41,547 nt of DNA from a virus: IMG/VR virus record IMGVR_UViG_3300045988_165964, positions 1 through 41,547 of that record, one strand, 5' to 3'. The first letter of the stretch is position 1; the number at the start of each line of letters is the position of its first letter. This document shows, one piece after another, positions 40,390 through 41,547 of this stretch. Both the position numbers and the translations under genes were made by a program. The notes under the pieces were generated by a model, which saw only the letters and a program-made list of their open reading frames with translations, made no database searches and was not told the origin of the DNA.

Positions 40390-40586
40390 GTATTTTTCAT
40401 GGGTTGAAGAAAAATTTTTTAGAAAAGTTATAAAAAGTTATAAGTGAGGTTCAAAAATGTGGGTGGATATTTATAATAGGATTATAGGCTTACTGGGATT
40501 TTGTTTTTACTTTAAGTATAGGAAAATCATCATTATAATAAGTATAATATATAAGTATTATAATGACAATAATTACATAGTATAAG

Positions 40587-40615
40587 TTGGACACAATCAC
40601 CAGTTCGCCTATAAT
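40587..40615 (+). promoter_or_regulatory. candidate + strand promoter (TTGGAC-17-TATAAT)
   Basis: Read directly from the sequence. It faces the 40692 ORF in the divergent intergenic region. Confidence 0.4.
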
Positions 40616-40691
40616 TCTGTTATAAATTTTGAATTTCGAGTATAATAATCGAAAAATGAGAGTATACTGTAAATAAAGGAGTAAAAAAGAA

Positions 40692-41195
40692 ATGTGTGTA
40701 GAATGTCAAAATCATAATTTTGTGTGTGACCACTGCGGGACTATATTAGATCCCGAGTGGGAGAGATTGCTCGGTTATTGGACTGACCGTAGAGGAATCA
40801 AGCGAATTGTAGAGACAAGCAAGAGTGATTGTTTTGTTTGGTTCTTGAAATATAACGATAAGATTGTTCGAGTCGGATTCGGTAGCTTACAGAAGTTGTT
40901 AAGTGAAACCAAACCGTCTCCTCGTTATATCAAGTTTGATTCGGTTCTCATTTACATGTGTAGGGATATAGAGGAAAGAAATATATTCGCTACATATGCA
41001 ATGGGAAATATAGACAGTGTAGATAATCGTAAGGCTGTACCAAACGAACGCTATATCGGCAAGATGTTATTGCGGTTTAAGCCGACAGTTCCTGTCAAAG
41101 TAAGGCAGTATGTATTAGATGATCCAGATCTTGTTATAGGATCAGCGAAGTATTGGGATATCAGGAAACTGAAGGAGAACGGTTATGTATACTAA
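40692..41195 (+). CDS. hypothetical protein with N-terminal zinc ribbon (CxxC...CxxC)
   Basis: 167 aa, SD AAAGGAG. CVECQNHNFVCDHCG. Confidence 0.6.
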   Translation: MCVECQNHNFVCDHCGTILDPEWERLLGYWTDRRGIKRIVETSKSDCFVWFLKYNDKIVRVGFGSLQKLLSETKPSPRYIKFDSVLIYMCRDIEERNIFATYAMGNIDSVDNRKAVPNERYIGKMLLRFKPTVPVKVRQYVLDDPDLVIGSAKYWDIRKLKENGYVY

Positions 41196-41514
41196 AAAGG
41201 CTCATCCATTCTATGGTACAGTAAAATGGAAAAGATGTAGAGCGGAATATATGAGGCAGAAACACTTTATATGTGAGAAGTGTGGTAGACCTGCTGATGT
41301 AGTCCATCATATAGATCCTTTGAAAGGAAATGATTATTGGGACAATCCTGAGAAAGCCTTTGGGGAAAAGAACTTAATGTGCCTCTGTCATAATTGTCAT
41401 AACGAAATTCATCATAGTAAGCAACAGATTGCCGACGGATATTTTGTGAATTTAATTACGGGTGAGATTGAAGTAGCCCCCCAGGGTGTGGCTGAAAAAG
41501 AAATTTTGAAAAAC
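41185..41514 (+). CDS. HNH endonuclease (packaging-associated), 3' end cut by the contig end
   Basis: ATG at 41185 after AAGGAGA; not in the track because there is no in-window stop. CEKCG...VHHIDPL...LCLCHNCHNEIHH is a classic HNH motif. The ORF runs into the adapter. Confidence 0.85.
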
Positions 41515-41547
41515 AGATCGGAAGAGCACACGTCTGAACTCCAGTCA
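41515..41547. other. Illumina TruSeq-type adapter sequence (non-biological)
   Basis: AGATCGGAAGAGCACACGTCTGAACTCCAGTCA, exact. Confidence 0.95.

Noticed and set aside
28439-40423. CRISPR-like array formed by the four repeated ~60-bp intergenic modules
   Set aside because: The copies are several kb apart, each sits upstream of an operon, and they have -35/-10 geometry. They are promoters, not CRISPR repeats.
40457-40582. 41-aa hydrophobic ORF (MWVDIYNRIIGLLGFCFYFKYRKIIIIISIIYKYYNDNNYIV) in the divergent intergenic region, with a weak GTGAGG SD
   Set aside because: The sequence is AT-rich and repeat-laden, and the composition looks like translated regulatory DNA. It is kept only as a remote possibility.
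40692-41195. GIY-YIG homing endonuclease (VWF-x9-VGF resembling GIY-x10-YIG)
   Set aside because: The resemblance is weak, and the conserved Arg/Glu/Asn cannot be placed confidently. Reported only as a zinc-ribbon hypothetical protein.
1-41547. 33-bp perfect inverted terminal repeats, suggesting a transposon or a protein-primed linear phage
   Set aside because: The repeats are exactly the Illumina TruSeq adapter and its reverse complement. No protein-primed (family B) polymerase or terminal protein is present.

Overview
The window is an essentially complete ~41.5 kb genome of a tailed dsDNA phage with a siphovirus-type, HK97-like head and tail module. Both ends carry 33 nt of Illumina adapter (1-33 and 41515-41547), so this is a sequencing-derived contig. 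The genome has two arms. (1) A + strand late arm runs from 40692 through the contig end, resumes at 78 and ends at 19562. It encodes an HNH endonuclease, small and large terminase, portal, prohead protease, major capsid, neck proteins and major tail protein. These are followed by a tRNA-Gln(UUG), a -1 frameshifted tail chaperone, tape measure, Dit and Tal-like proteins, and two fibre-like proteins, one with BspA-type leucine-rich repeats. The arm ends with a block of membrane proteins and a six-gene cargo block of unknown function. (2) A - strand early/middle arm runs from 40314 down to 19607. Four near-identical sigma-A-like promoters divide it into four units. It encodes small early proteins, a phage sigma factor, a tandem-OB SSB, a family A DNA polymerase, a MazG-like pyrophosphatase, a resolvase, an SF2 helicase and a prim-pol/SF3 helicase. 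It also carries a Cas4-like nuclease/Sak4/DUF669 recombination module. The most interesting content is a DNA-base hypermodification gene set at 19607-25660, with satellites at 30436-31940 and 34904-35380. The set comprises a thymidylate-synthase-family pyrimidine hydroxymethylase that carries the cytosine-specifying Asp, a dNMP kinase, a dCMP deaminase and a HAD phosphatase. It also includes a small P-loop kinase, two large helical proteins, two paralogous GT-A-like glycosyltransferases and a radical SAM/SPASM enzyme. I found no integrase, repressor, CRISPR array or recognisable endolysin. Strong AGGAGG ribosome-binding sites, TATAAT promoters and a Bacillus-like tRNA-Gln suggest a low-GC Gram-positive (Bacillota) host. 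All family assignments come from motif recognition by eye and need profile searches to confirm.
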